Source: the human T2T-CHM13v2.0 reference genome, Homo sapiens. Taken from it: DNA of 64,000 bases. The notes under the pieces were generated by a model that was given only the letters and a program-made list of their open reading frames with translations, ran no database searches and had not been told where the DNA came from. The position numbers were made by a program, and so were the translations under genes. Below, in pieces: positions 47,250 through 58,985 of the stretch (the stretch's first letter is position 1; each line of letters starts with the position of its first letter). The stretch lies in NCBI RefSeq assembly GCF_009914755.1, contig NC_060933.1; one strand, given 5' to 3'.

Positions 47250-48290
47250 CCAGGATTAGGGACCCACTTAAATAAGCAATCTAGCTGCCCCTTGGCAGGG
47301 TGGATGTGCTGCACTGGTGGGAATCCCCCTTGTCTGGGCTGCCCTTACTCTTCAGAGCCAGCAGGCAGAAAAGACTAAGATGGCTGATCCACAATACCAC
47401 AGCCACTTCTCCTCCCAGGGGCTCCTCTCAGGGATATCAGAGTTCTGTCCATGAACCCCTGGCTGGGGATGCTGAGATTCCCATAGCGGGGGCCCCTGCC
47501 TGGTGAGGAGGAGTGGATCAGGATCCTGCTTAAAGAAGCAGTCTGGCTACAAACTGACCCAGCAGCTGTGCTGCACTCTGGGGAATTGCTCCCAATTCAG
47601 ACTGCTGAGTCTCGTTGGCACCAGTGGCATGGGAAAACTGTGGACTGCAGCCATAGTGATGGCAGCACCCCCTCACTCCCACGAACTCAGTCTTTTTAGG
47701 CAGTCTGTAGCCTGCCGTGCTGGCCAGAGAGGATTCTAAGCCAGTAGGTTTTAGCTTGTGGGGTTCCGTGGGAGCAAGACCTCGTGGATCCCTGGCTTCA
47801 GCTCCCTTCCCATGGGAGTGGGTGGATCTCCTGCATCGCGGGAGTTTCCAAAGCTGAAGTATGCAAATATTCCTGTGTCTCAGTGCCTGCTCTAGTGGCC
47901 ACCCACCCCAGCCACCATCATGAGTCTGTACAGCTTTGTGCTTGTGATCCAAGTCCCTCGTGGCATGGACTCACAAGGGGACCTCCTGATCTGCAGGTTG
48001 CATTGATCCATGGCAAAAGTGTGGTTTTCAGGGTAGGGTAGCACAATCCATCACTGCCCCAGATGGCTGGGGGAGGGAGTTCCCTTTGCCCCATGCAGCT
48101 CCCAGGTGGGCCCTCTCTCTACCTTGCTTTTTCTCACTCTCCGTGGGTCGCACCAACTACCTAGCCAGTCCCAGTGAGAGAATCTTGGTACCTCAATTGA
48201 CAATGCAGAATTCACTCTCCATTTTCATCCTCCTAGGTAAGAGCTGCAGAGTGAAGCTGTTTCTGTTCCGCCATCTTGGCTGCTCCTGGG
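47250..48290 (-). mobile_element. Isolated L1PA 5'UTR fragment
   Basis: Reverse-complement homologue of 26030-26850, ending ...ccgccatcttggc. Confidence 0.85.
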
Positions 48291-48919
48291 TTCAAGGAAT
48301 TTGCCTATCTTCTGTTTTATTTAGCTCCATTGTAATCTTCATTTTTTATTCTTCCTTCTTCTGGCTTGTTCTTTTTCTACCTACTTAAGGTGTACCTACT
48401 TATTAGTGCTGATATGGTTTGGCTCTGTGTCCCCACCCAAATATCATCTTGAATTATAACTTTGCAGAGGAAGGGATGAGGGACATGGGCCAGGGACAGG
48501 CTCGATCTGGGAAGCTGCCTTTTACTTCTGGGGCAGCATGTTTGTCTTGTTCTAGCATTAACTTTACTGGGCATTGTCCTCATCCTTTTGGATTGCAATC
48601 AGTATTTCAGACAGCACTCTTGCTGGCTTTATCCCAGGTAGCTGATGGTCTCTGAGGTTCTGAAGCTCTTTTCTGAATTCCCTTCCTCATAGCCTTCTAT
48701 CTGTACCATCTTCCAGTCTCCACTTCATCCAGTCAGAGGTTCTTAGAGAAACTCATTTTGATTTATGATCATATCTGCCACTTTTTAAATTTCATGATCA
48801 ATTTCTTACTAACAACTTCATATTTTCTGTGAATTCCTCACTGTTTTTCCTGACTTGACAACAGGAAACAATTTACATCGAATCCCTAACAACTTCTAAA
48901 ACTGAAGTTTCTGGTTTTT

Positions 48920-49585
48920 AACAAATTAAATTTTAAATTTTGTGATAATTACAGATTCACACATGCCAATGTAATAAATAATTACTAGACCCTTTCCAGT
49001 TTTGCCAAAAGGTAACAGCTATGAAACTACAGCATGTATCAAAATGAGGATATTGACAGTTGAACAGTCATGATATAAATCTGTTCCACCACCATAAGGA
49101 TTCCTTAAAGTCATACCAACTTCCAACCTGCGCCCTAACCCACTCCTTAAATTTTGAAAAAAAAGATTTTCCATTTTTAAATTTTATCATTTTGTGAATG
49201 TTTTAGAAATGAAATCATAAGCATGTAACTTTCTGGAGTTAGTGAAAAAACTCAGCCTGATCTCTGGATAGTCATGTGGCTTGATGCACTTGTCACTAGT
49301 TGGCTGTTTTTATTGTTGAATCTTATTCAATGGTGTGGATATACCACAGTTTGTGTAACTAACATGCATAAAGAACATTTTGTGTAGTTGCAGTGTTTGG
49401 CGATTACAAATCAGCCTATATAAACATTCATGTGCAGAATTTATGTAAATATTAATTTTAAATTTCTGGGAAAATGTTCAAGAATATAATCTCTGGTTTG
49501 TAAGATGGTTGCATGGTTACATGTTTAGTTTTTCTTAAAAAGTCACCAAAATATTTTCTGGGGTGGCTGTACCATTTTGTAGTCC
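48920..49585 (-). mobile_element. L1MC-like 3' end
   Basis: aattacagattcacaca...ggatattgaca...ggatataccacagtttg pattern. Confidence 0.65.
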
Positions 49586-49719
49586 CAGGAGAAAATTTTG
49601 CCTCTGTGTCTTCTCAGAAGAGTGGTTTATTTTTATTTCTGTGTATCAAGGGAGGGAAGAGAGGTAAATGAGCGTATTCTTCACCACCCTGACTGTCCTG
49701 TCTGGATTTCTCCAGGCTC

Positions 49720-50159
49720 TGTTATGCATTGAATTGTGTCCCCGAAGTGATCCACTGAAACCATAAATACCTGTATTTCAGAATGGGACCTTTATAGACC
49801 CTAGCGTGGCTGTAGATGTAGTTAGTTAGAATGAGGTCCCTCTGGAGCTGGGCCCTATATTCAGCAGGATGGATATCCTTACACAAAGATAATGTGAAGA
49901 CAAAGGAACAGAGAGCACCATGTGTCAAGAGGGACAACATTGAAGAGCTGCAGCTACAACCAAGGAATGCCAAAAAGCAGCAGCAATCCATGTGAAGTTA
50001 GGAAGAAGAAAAGAGGATGCTCCCCAAAGGTTTCAGAACAACATTGGCACTGCCAACACCTGGATTTTAGCTTGCAGCATTCAGAACCATGAGAAAAAAA
50101 AATTCTTTTGTTTTAAACCAGTTTAGGTTCTTCGTTACATCCACCCTGGGAATCTCACA
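49720..50159 (+). mobile_element. MLT1C-like MaLR solo LTR
   Basis: tgttatg..ttgaattgtgtcccc start, ccaaggaatgcc and gccaacacctggatttt internal motifs, ...aca end. Confidence 0.8.
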
Positions 50160-52405
50160 GTAGGGCCTTAGAGCTATTCTAGGAGTCTGTCCTTTTACTT
50201 CAATTGTCACACTGATTTATAAAGAATATTAAAACTAAGAATAAAGGGAAATTTATATCTTCCAAATGTCCTCCAGGAAGCAAAGCTTTGAACATTTCTT
50301 GGTTAAGAGATTTAAAATTATATATACTAGTAAAATTATGAAACTTCATCTATTATCATTTTTCCCTCACATCTGGACTAATGCCAGGGAGAAGGAAAGG
50401 CTGAAAAGGTTAGTGATCAGTGTGTGTGTTAGGATAATTTCTTGAGATGTTATCCTGGCTTGGCATGATACTGTATTATTCCGTCTCACATTTCCATTCC
50501 CCAGCCCAGTTCAAGCAGGCTGCCTGGGCCTTGGTTTTTGCCCGTCTAGCTTACTTTTGAAGGGCTATGCTAGAAAGGAGATGCCTAAAGCTGCACTTCC
50601 AATTGTTTATAAATGCCCAAAGACATATAAAAAGTTATACAAGTAACCCTGATAGGACTTGAGCCAGAGAGAGAGTGAAATACAGAGACAGACACAGAAA
50701 AAGAAACAGAAGGGAGATAATATGATTATTTCCTTAAATTACCCTGAGGTTGAAACTTCCCTATCCAAGGGAAGAGATATGATCCTTGTCAGCATTCTTT
50801 CTGTCCCCAGTGAGGGACACAAGTACAGAGGTGAGAGGACCATGTGGGATTGCACTGAGTGTTGCAGCGGTAGCCATTGAGGACAGTGCAGCCCAAGGAT
50901 CTTAGTGCTTTGGCGCTAAGACCCTGGGTTCAGTGCACACCTTCATGGGTGTCCCCATTAGAACAATGTCTGATGTTGAATTCTCTACTAAGTAACAGAA
51001 TTGGGATTGCTATTGATTTAGTAAAGAAGAAAGGTGGATATTTTCTGCACGTGAGAGACTGTGCCTTAAAATTGATACCTGTTGCGCAAAAACAGTCTTT
51101 GGGAATAAGAAAGGTAGGGGTCATGACACATCTGGGAAACTAGAGGGAAAAATGGAGAGAAAGATAGGCTAGTAGTAGGAGTATGTACTGGTGCAGACTG
51201 AGGCAACTACTTCAGTAGATAGTAGATAATAGTGACAGCCCTCAGTGTTATCAGTTAAGGACGAACTTGGAGAAAATGTGTTCTGGAATGGACAGTGAGC
51301 TGTGTACTGCAGATAAGTAAGTCTGAATGCAAGAGTTACAATGAGCAACAAAGGTTCCACCATGAAAGCACAACTCTTAAAACATGTTGGCTTTCTCCCC
51401 AAACAGTTACATTCTGTCGTTCTCTGCTCTCTCAATGAGAAGAAGCTCTCCAGGAGGGACTAAGAGAGGACATGATAAACCTTAGAGCCTTGGTTATGAT
51501 TGACCATGTATGGAACTTTGGAATATAGGAACTTCTATGTTAGTCTCCTATAATTCTGTTTACAGACATTTGATTGAAGCAATTTACTTTTTCTAAAGTA
51601 AATTTTTTCTAAAGTGCATTTTCTCTGTAAAGGCTAGCTAATATGTATGGATACAGAGGTTGAAGAAACTGACTAAATTTAAAAATGATACCATGATGTT
51701 TTACCAACTCTAAGAAATGCTCATATTATTTCATGGTTTGTTTTACTTACGTAAATGTTCTGTAAATTCTAAAATGGTAGACTTGAATCCATTTCCTCGC
51801 TAGTTCTTTCTGAGACAAAAAATGAGTTATTTATTCAGTTATCTCTATGATTATATATTTATTTAAAAGCATAAAAAACCTTACTAGAGAAACAGTTGAG
51901 TTCATTTGGGCACAAAAATCTGAATATATTTATTGTCAGTTCAGCTTGCTTTCAAATAATATTTCACTAAGCCCCAAACCCTCCCACTTCCAATGAAGTA
52001 AAATATTGCAGTGTTTGTGGTTTTGTGTTCATGTAGTATACGTTGACAAAATTGATTAAATAAATGTATAACTGTTACATGTGGTTGGTGTCAGTTATGT
52101 ATAAAAAGTTATTATGTTGGTTAAAGTAATAAAGCTTTTATAATCATTATATAGTCAATGAGATTCAAAAGCAATTGATTTACATATACTCTCAATAAAA
52201 AAGAGAAAGAGACTTTTTCAGCAGAAAAAAGATCAATTTCATAGAAGTACAATAGTGAAAAGACTATGGTGTTACAGAGCAAGTGAAACATGTAAGCATT
52301 AATAATGATTTCTCACATTCTAACAATCAGTGGTCACTGAATTGGACATCACTGAATGTTTCATGGAGAATACATAGGAGGTTAGGTGAGAAGTTCACAA
52401 TTACT

Positions 52406-52632
52406 TTACTTTGTGCATACTTTCAGAAAAGTCCCTTTGTCACAACATTCTTCACAGCATAGTTTACTGGCATCATCAGCTTCACTTCTCTTTTGTCAGG
52501 AAAGTAGTACCTTTCTCAGTGACAGCTACCCCTCAGACAGAATTGCCTTCAGCTCCTGTGACAAATTAGGAATGAATCCCAACGTCATATCTAAGGTCCC
52601 TGCATCTTTATTAGTGGTGGATGACATCATCT
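52406..52632 (-). pseudogene. INSL4-like pseudogene (unit A), exon 2
   Basis: Pyrimidine tract plus CAG phase-1 acceptor (AG at 52634-52633). One uninterrupted frame EMMSSTTNKDAGTLDMTLGFIPNLSQELKAILSEG*LSLRKVLLS*QKRSEADDASKLCCEECCDKGTFLKVCTK*, colinear with recalled INSL4 [74 protein letters not shown]. Stops are TAG at 52528-52526 and TGA at 52498-52496. Confidence 0.95.
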
Positions 52633-53446
52633 CTGTGAAGTCAAAAAGGAGGGGTGAAAGGTGAGGAAAAACATTCATTTCAAAGAGGATTAGAAAAATT
52701 ACAGAATTTTGCCTGGATCGCATTGTAACCATTGCCTCAATGTAATTAAACACCAAAGAGAATCAGCAAGTATCCTAACATCTAAACAACTTAGCTTACT
52801 TAGAGTTGGGCACCTTGAAGTACTACAGTATTATTAAGGATCTGCTAACTTCACTCTCCTGTCTGTGGACTCTTTCCGTGACAATCAAGATGCTTGCACC
52901 ATGGCACTTTTGACTTTCTCTAACGCTATTTTGATTGATAACTTCCAACTGCGTTATGGACTAGATAACACTAAGGAAATTTCTTTCATAATCACAAATT
53001 TTCCAATAGAAAGACTCACATATTTAAGTCTCTATTCACATATAACTGTACGTCTATATCTACATCCACCCCAATGCCAGACATTTAACATTGATTTTCT
53101 ATGTGTGCTTTCCATTTTTCTTGTTAAATTCATCTACAGTTTTCAAAGATTTTTAATGACCATTTTCACTAATTTATTCAGAAAAAGTGAAAATTAAACA
53201 CAAATTATACTACAATCTACTCTTCCTTGGCTTGCATTAGTAATTTTCCTAAACTCAGTTTTATTTTTCCCTATTTTATAATAAAATAAACAAACTCTGA
53301 CCAACAATGTAGGAAAAGTAAATAACTCTGAAATCATGCTGTGAATCCTATAAAAAGGAAGCAAGTGTTTGCTGTACATGATGACTTTAAATGGGGTCAT
53401 TTAGTGATTTAATATGGGTTATGCATATAGTCTACAAGATGTAATT

Positions 53447-53484
53447 TTGGAAGGCAGCCGTGTGCACCACGATACCACCAATGC
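53447..53484 (-). pseudogene. 5'-half tRNA-Gly(TCC) tailless retropseudogene
   Basis: GCATTGGTGGTATCGTGGTGCACACGGCTGCCTTCCAA matches 32/38 to the recalled tRNA-Gly-TCC 5' end GCGTTGGTGGTATAGTGGTGAGCATAGCTGCCTTCCAA. Flanked by perfect 19-bp direct repeats at 53433-53451 and 53488-53506. Confidence 0.85.
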
Positions 53485-54478
53485 ACTTACAAGATGTAAT
53501 TTTGGATTCACACATTGCCTATTCAAAACCTGTTTCCTCTACATTAAATGTAAAACAATAATTAGTAATTTACCTTGGCTTTTCAGAATTTAATGCGACC
53601 TATTAGACTGACTAGAGTGGCCTCTATAGCTTTTGAAAGCTGCCCTTGCTAATTCTAACTTAACTTGCAATTTATCTTTATGACTACCCTGTGACTTGGT
53701 AAAGTTTAAATACCATTCTGGTATTGAACTACCATTCTGGTATTGAACTATGCTCAACTCTGAAATTTCACTTTTAAAATCCATTGCAGCTTCAAATGTT
53801 GAAAACATTAATCAGATCTTCAGCTATAGTGGTCTGAAGGGGTAGCTTCCCTTGTCTCTGGTCCTCTCCAATTTCTCCTCTAATGATCCAGGCATCTTTC
53901 TCTTACAACTCTTGTCCCTCAACACCCTATAAGACCCAATTAAAAAATATGCGAGGCAAGGCTCTCTTGGAGTGCATTTAAAACCATTAAAACAAAGAGA
54001 GAGATTGGACGCTTTTAATTGCTTAGGCCACAGTCTAGCTTTTGGACAAAAGAAGAGTCATTAAATCTAAGGTCCTTCCTGTCTCCCATTCGAGGACCCT
54101 AACAGGTCTCAGAGTCCCTGTGCCTGTCCGGCATGTAAAGCAGCTTGATAACCAGTGCACCACCTCTCTGTTTGCCCACTTTTCTCTCAATTCGAAATTT
54201 GCTATCCAGGTGCCTGTCCTCCTCACCCCCGGCACCTTCCTACACCCCCCACCCAGGTTCTACCTCCTCCCAGCTGTCCCACTGAGACTCTTTCAATAAA
54301 AGTACATTACAAAGGAAAAGCCCAAACTTCAGGTATCAACCTCTGTGGAGTAAGGACTGGGCAAGAGCAGCTACAGAGCTGTGGAGCCAGGCCTTGCAGG
54401 CTGCTGTTCCAATTGATCGGTTGCCCTAATGCAACCAATAGGAAGTGTGGGATGGCCAGGGATTGGGGGGCCATTTGC

Positions 54479-54680
54479 CTGTGAGTGGTCCAGATACCTG
54501 CAGAAGCTCCTCCTGGATGCTGGAGATTCTGTCCTGGGGATCCTTGTACATTGTGGTCTCTTGGAATTCAGTGCCACTTAACTTCACCTTTTCATCACTC
54601 ACCCATTTCGTGGGGTTCTCTTTGAAGCTGACTTTGCAGTAACCAGAATACTGGCAGACAGGACCAGAACAGTTGAGTAT
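54479..54680 (-). pseudogene. INSL4/relaxin-like pseudogene (unit A), exon 1
   Basis: One frame reads (T)QLFWSCLPVFWLLQSQLQRE, compare INSL4 MASLFRSYLPAIWLLLSQLLRE. After a 1-nt frameshift it reads KWVSDEKVKLSGTEF...LLQVSGPLT, compare RLN1 KWKDDVIKLCGREL and the INSL4 exon end LLESGRPK. Start codon is broken (AT-ACT). Phase-1 donor ACAG|GCAAAT. Confidence 0.85.
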
Positions 54681-54787
54681 GCTGGAGCTGGTCTGTCCTG
54701 TTCTGGGCATTTCAGTCTTTCTTTAGGGAGTGTCCCTGCTGTTGCCTAACAGCTTGTGCTTATGTGCCAACCTGGGCTTCAGACTAC

Positions 54788-54830
54788 TTTCTATATCTCT
54801 TCCTAGAGCTATTACTGACCTTTTGAGTCA
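54788..54830 (-). promoter_or_regulatory. Residual promoter of unit A: TATA-like box with adjacent AAAGGTCA and AP-1 sites
   Basis: TATAGAAA at 54795-54788, TGACCTTT at 54816-54823 and TGAGTCA at 54824-54830, about 110-150 bp upstream of the broken start codon. Motif match only. Confidence 0.4.
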
Positions 54831-55439
54831 ATGGTCCAAGTTCTACCACTTTTCCACCTACCCACAAAGAACTTTCTCCCTCAGCTCTTATTCACCCACC
54901 CTACCTCCACTCCTCATATCCCTTGTCATCTCCCTGCTCCCAAGTTCTACTCTTTGCTCAATTTTAATTTAAATTTTCTACTTCTTTTTTCTTTCCTCCT
55001 CCATGAGTATTGTTATGTTTACTAAAATATTTGTAATTTTAAATGTCATTGCTTATTTAAAGGCATGTCCTGGTCATTATGGAAAATTCAGGCAAAATAA
55101 AAATGAAATGTAAGCTCATCAGATAGAGACCGTCTCCATTAACACTTGCTGTATAACATTTACTATTCTTCCTAACTTCCCCCACATTTGTTTTTATTTC
55201 TTCTTCAAAGCAGTTAGAGATTATAATTAGATTGATTTCTATAGTGCCTTGTTTATTCATCCTCAGTATTGTGATAAGTGGATGGAGCAATTGCTCACAA
55301 AAGAAAGAAAACTGATGATATTTAAACAAAGTCCTGCGAACATTATTAAAATTTCAATAACATAACTTTAAGCTTGTATATAATAATATTTAAGGTTTAC
55401 AAGGCAATTTCCCATTCACAATTGTATAAACCTGAAATC

Positions 55440-56165
55440 TTTTTCTTCCACTTTTATTTTGGATTCAGAGGGTACATGTGCATGTTTGTTACACAGGCAT
55501 ATTGTGTGATGCTGAGGTTTGGGGTATGGATGATCCCATCACTGAGGTAGTGAGCATAGTACCCAAAAGGTAGTTTTTCAGCCCATGCCTCCCTACTTCT
55601 CCACCTCCTCTTGTAGTCCCCAGAGTCTATTGTTCCCATCGTTATGTCCATGTATACTTAATGTTTAGCTCCCACTTATAAGTGAGAATGTGTGGTATTT
55701 GGTTTTCTGTTCCTGCGTTAACTCACTTTGGATAATGGCCTCCAGCTGCATCCAAGTTGCTGCCAAGGATATTTTTGTTCCTTTTTGTGGCTGTATAGCA
55801 TTCCGTAGTGTATATTTGCCACAGTTTCTTTATCCAATTGATTACAGAGGGGCATCTAGGTTGATTCCATGTCTTTGCTATTATAAATAATGCTGCAATG
55901 AACATAAAAGTGCATGTGTCTCTTTGGCAGAAGGATTTCTTTTCCTTTGGGTATATACCCAGTAATGGGATTGCTGGGTTGAATGGTAGGTCTGTTTTAA
56001 TTTTGTTGAGAAATCTCTGAACTGCTTTCACAGTGGCTGAACTAATTAACATTCCTACCAACAATGAATAAGCATTCCCTTTTCCCTGCAGCCTCACCAG
56101 CTTGTGTTGTATTTTGACTTTTTAATAATCATCATTTTGACTGGTTGAGATGGCATCTCACTGTG
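55440..56165 (-). mobile_element. L1PB/L1PA16-like 3' end
   Basis: ORF2 C-terminus translation 55723-56097 and 3'UTR. Confidence 0.88.
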
Positions 56166-57009
56166 GATAAACTTTAAGATTTCAACTTACAGGGAATTTC
56201 AAAGATCCATACTTTTATCTGTCCTCTAGAAATCCTGTCAAGGCTGAGAAAACACAGAGATCATAGATGCTTGACTGTTAAGTCTTGGGAGAGCACCTAT
56301 GGAGGTCTTCTTAAAGTGGGGGAAAATTGGACTGTTTCTACCAATTTATTTCTTTGAACTCTCTTGGGTGATTGGTGAATTGTTTTGGTTATCTAAATAT
56401 TTTAATTTGATACTCTAATTATTAGTGATACACATTTTCATGCACAAAAATCTATCTCTTTATGATTGATTTACTACATACTGTGTGTGTGGTAATTCAT
56501 GAACAGAAATTTTATTTTTTAAACTTAAAAACAAGTCAACACAGTTTTGGGGCAATGGGCTTATTAGATAACTCTCAAAGTATTAGTAAATCTTAAATGC
56601 AAATAGTACCACTTGTTTATATGCATTGTTTGGAAAGAAAACCTAGTCAGACCAGATCTGTTCTATTCAAGTAAGCCTGAGGGATTGATGGACATTATGG
56701 TATTTTGGAAATAAATTAATAAATCCTCTTTCTTCTCAATAAAAAACATGATCTATGTTCCTCATATTGGAGGAAGTCCCAGTCATCATGCATCAAATGC
56801 TGATATTGTATAACTCTTCAAACAATACCTGCTAGGACTACACAATGATCAGAATAAGTGATTTTAGCTGTGTTTTCACTAAGACAAGGTGCTTGGGAGA
56901 GGCTTCTCAAAACTGGTGTTTCACATTTCTTTATACAGATTGATGAACTTTGGAGAATACTCTATGTGCAATGCTGTTCTACAACATAATTGATTACATA
57001 AAAATGAAT

Positions 57010-58300
57010 TTCTAGGTGTCTCCTCATATTATTCCTTTCTAAAAATTATTTTCTATTTTGTATGTTCAGGATATTCAACCTTTCTGCAGGAAATAATTTA
57101 TGATTATTTTCCACCATTTTCTAAATTTTCATTTTACTCTTTGGTAGTATCCTTTGACACAAAAGTTTTAAATTTTGACACTGTCAAATATGTATGTTTT
57201 CTTTTATTTCCTGCTCTTTTGGTGTCATATTCATGAAATCATTGACAAATCCAATGTCGAGAAGATTTTCCTTTATGGATTCTTCTAAGAAGTTTATGTT
57301 TAGCTCTTACATTTTGTCTTTGATACAGTTTAAGTTAAACGTTATATATGGTGTGAGGTAAGGATCAAGTCCTTCTTTTGTGTGTATATATCCAGTTTTC
57401 CCAGCACCATTTGTTGAAAAACTGTTCTTTCCCCATGGAATGGTCTTGACATCCTTCTCAAAAATCATTTTACTAAATAGCAGTGACTAATTTCTATTCT
57501 CTCTGTTCTATTCCATGGGTCTATATAATTGTCCTCATGACAATAGCTCATTCTTTTGACTACTGGATCTTTGTAGAAAGTTTTGAAAACAGAAAGGGTG
57601 AGTACTCCAACGTTGTCCTTTTTTTATCAAGACGGTTTTGATTCTTTAGGAGTCTCTTGAGATTGCATATTAATATTAGGAAGGGTTTTCCTATTTTTAC
57701 TGAAAAACATCCCTGGGATGGGATTTTGATGTGGATAACATTGATTTTGTAAATTGCTTTGGGTAGTATTGACATCTTAACAATATTAAGTCATTTAATT
57801 CAGGAAAATCTGTGAATATATGTGTTTTCTGCTATTTATGTCTTCTTTAGTATGTGCCAGCAATACCTTGTAGGTTCTCCTTAAGTATATTCCTAAGTAT
57901 TTTATTGTTTTTAATGCTATTAAAAATAAAATTGTTTTCTTAATTTTGTTTCTGGATGTTCATTGGCCATCAATTTTTGCATGCTGAGTTTTAATCTTGC
58001 TTCTTTACAGAAATTATTTATTAGTTCTAATACTTGTTTTCAAAGCCTTTGTTCTTTTTACATATAAGTTTATGTCATCTGAAGGCAGACAATATTTTAC
58101 TTTTTCTCTCTAATTTTCTTGCATTCTCCATGTTTTTCTTATCTGATTAATTGGTTAATCAGTTTGTCTGGCTAAGACTTCCAATACTATGTGAATAGAA
58201 GTGGTTAAAGTGAACACTTTTGCCCTGTTTCTGATCTGAAAGGATAAGCTTTCAGTTCTTCATCATTGAGAGTTATGGTAACTGTGGGGTTTTATATGTT
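57010..58300 (-). mobile_element. L1M ORF2 fragment
   Basis: MSILPKAIYKIN-like translation at 57560-57775. Confidence 0.75.
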
Positions 58301-58534
58301 AAATAAATTAAGCTTACATGTATAAGTTTCTTGTGACAGTCTTAGGCATGGTTTAGTAGCACTTGAATTATATATTCTAAAGAGTGAATATGCTTCTCTT
58401 TTTTATGTCACAATTAATATCTCTCCAACTACCTCATATATCCTATGAATTCCTACTATATTGTGTGGCTGCCAACAACAATTAACCAACACCTAATCCC
58501 AATGCCTCTTAGGACTTTGAGGAAGTTTTGAAGT

Positions 58535-58985
58535 TAATTTTTGAATTTTAAGATAAGGTAGAATCACACATGTGAAGGTCTGAAATAATGCAAAATAATC
58601 ATATCTATGCTTTACTTGGTTTTTGATAATGATAACTTACTACAATATAACAACTGGGATATTGACATTGATACAACCAAGATATAAAACCATCCTAATA
58701 CCACAAGAATCTTCATAGTCACACTCACTTCATTCCCATGCTCCACCCTCTAGCCTTAACCCATGGAAAAATTGTTCTCTAATTCTAAAATGTTTTATTT
58801 GAATACTAGTTTGTAAAGCAGTCACAAAATATGTAACCTTTGAGGACTGGCTTTTTTCACTCAGCCAAATTCTGTGTTGGTTCTCCCAAGTTGTGTGTAT
58901 TAGTTGGTTAATTAATTGGTTACTTTTTTTTATCACTGACTACTATTCCATGATATGGATATAACACAGTTTGTTGAATGACTCA
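58535..58985 (-). mobile_element. L1MC-like 3' end
   Basis: Similar to 48920-49360 (ggatattgaca, ggatata..acagtttg). Confidence 0.6.

Noticed and set aside
48410-48900. 50-bp THE1/MST LTR start followed by unassigned sequence
   Set aside because: Too short and degenerate. I found no convincing coding or repeat identity for the adjoining segment.
52496-52528. Stop read-through or selenocysteine recoding rescuing the pseudogene
   Set aside because: Two different stops (TAG and TGA), each one C>T from the INSL4 codon, plus independent exon 1 lesions. Ordinary decay explains them.
53711-53750. 19-bp tandem duplication taccattctggtattgaac (also the 30-bp duplication at 17409-17468)
   Set aside because: Two adjacent copies without spacers, consistent with replication slippage. 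Not an array or CRISPR-like structure.
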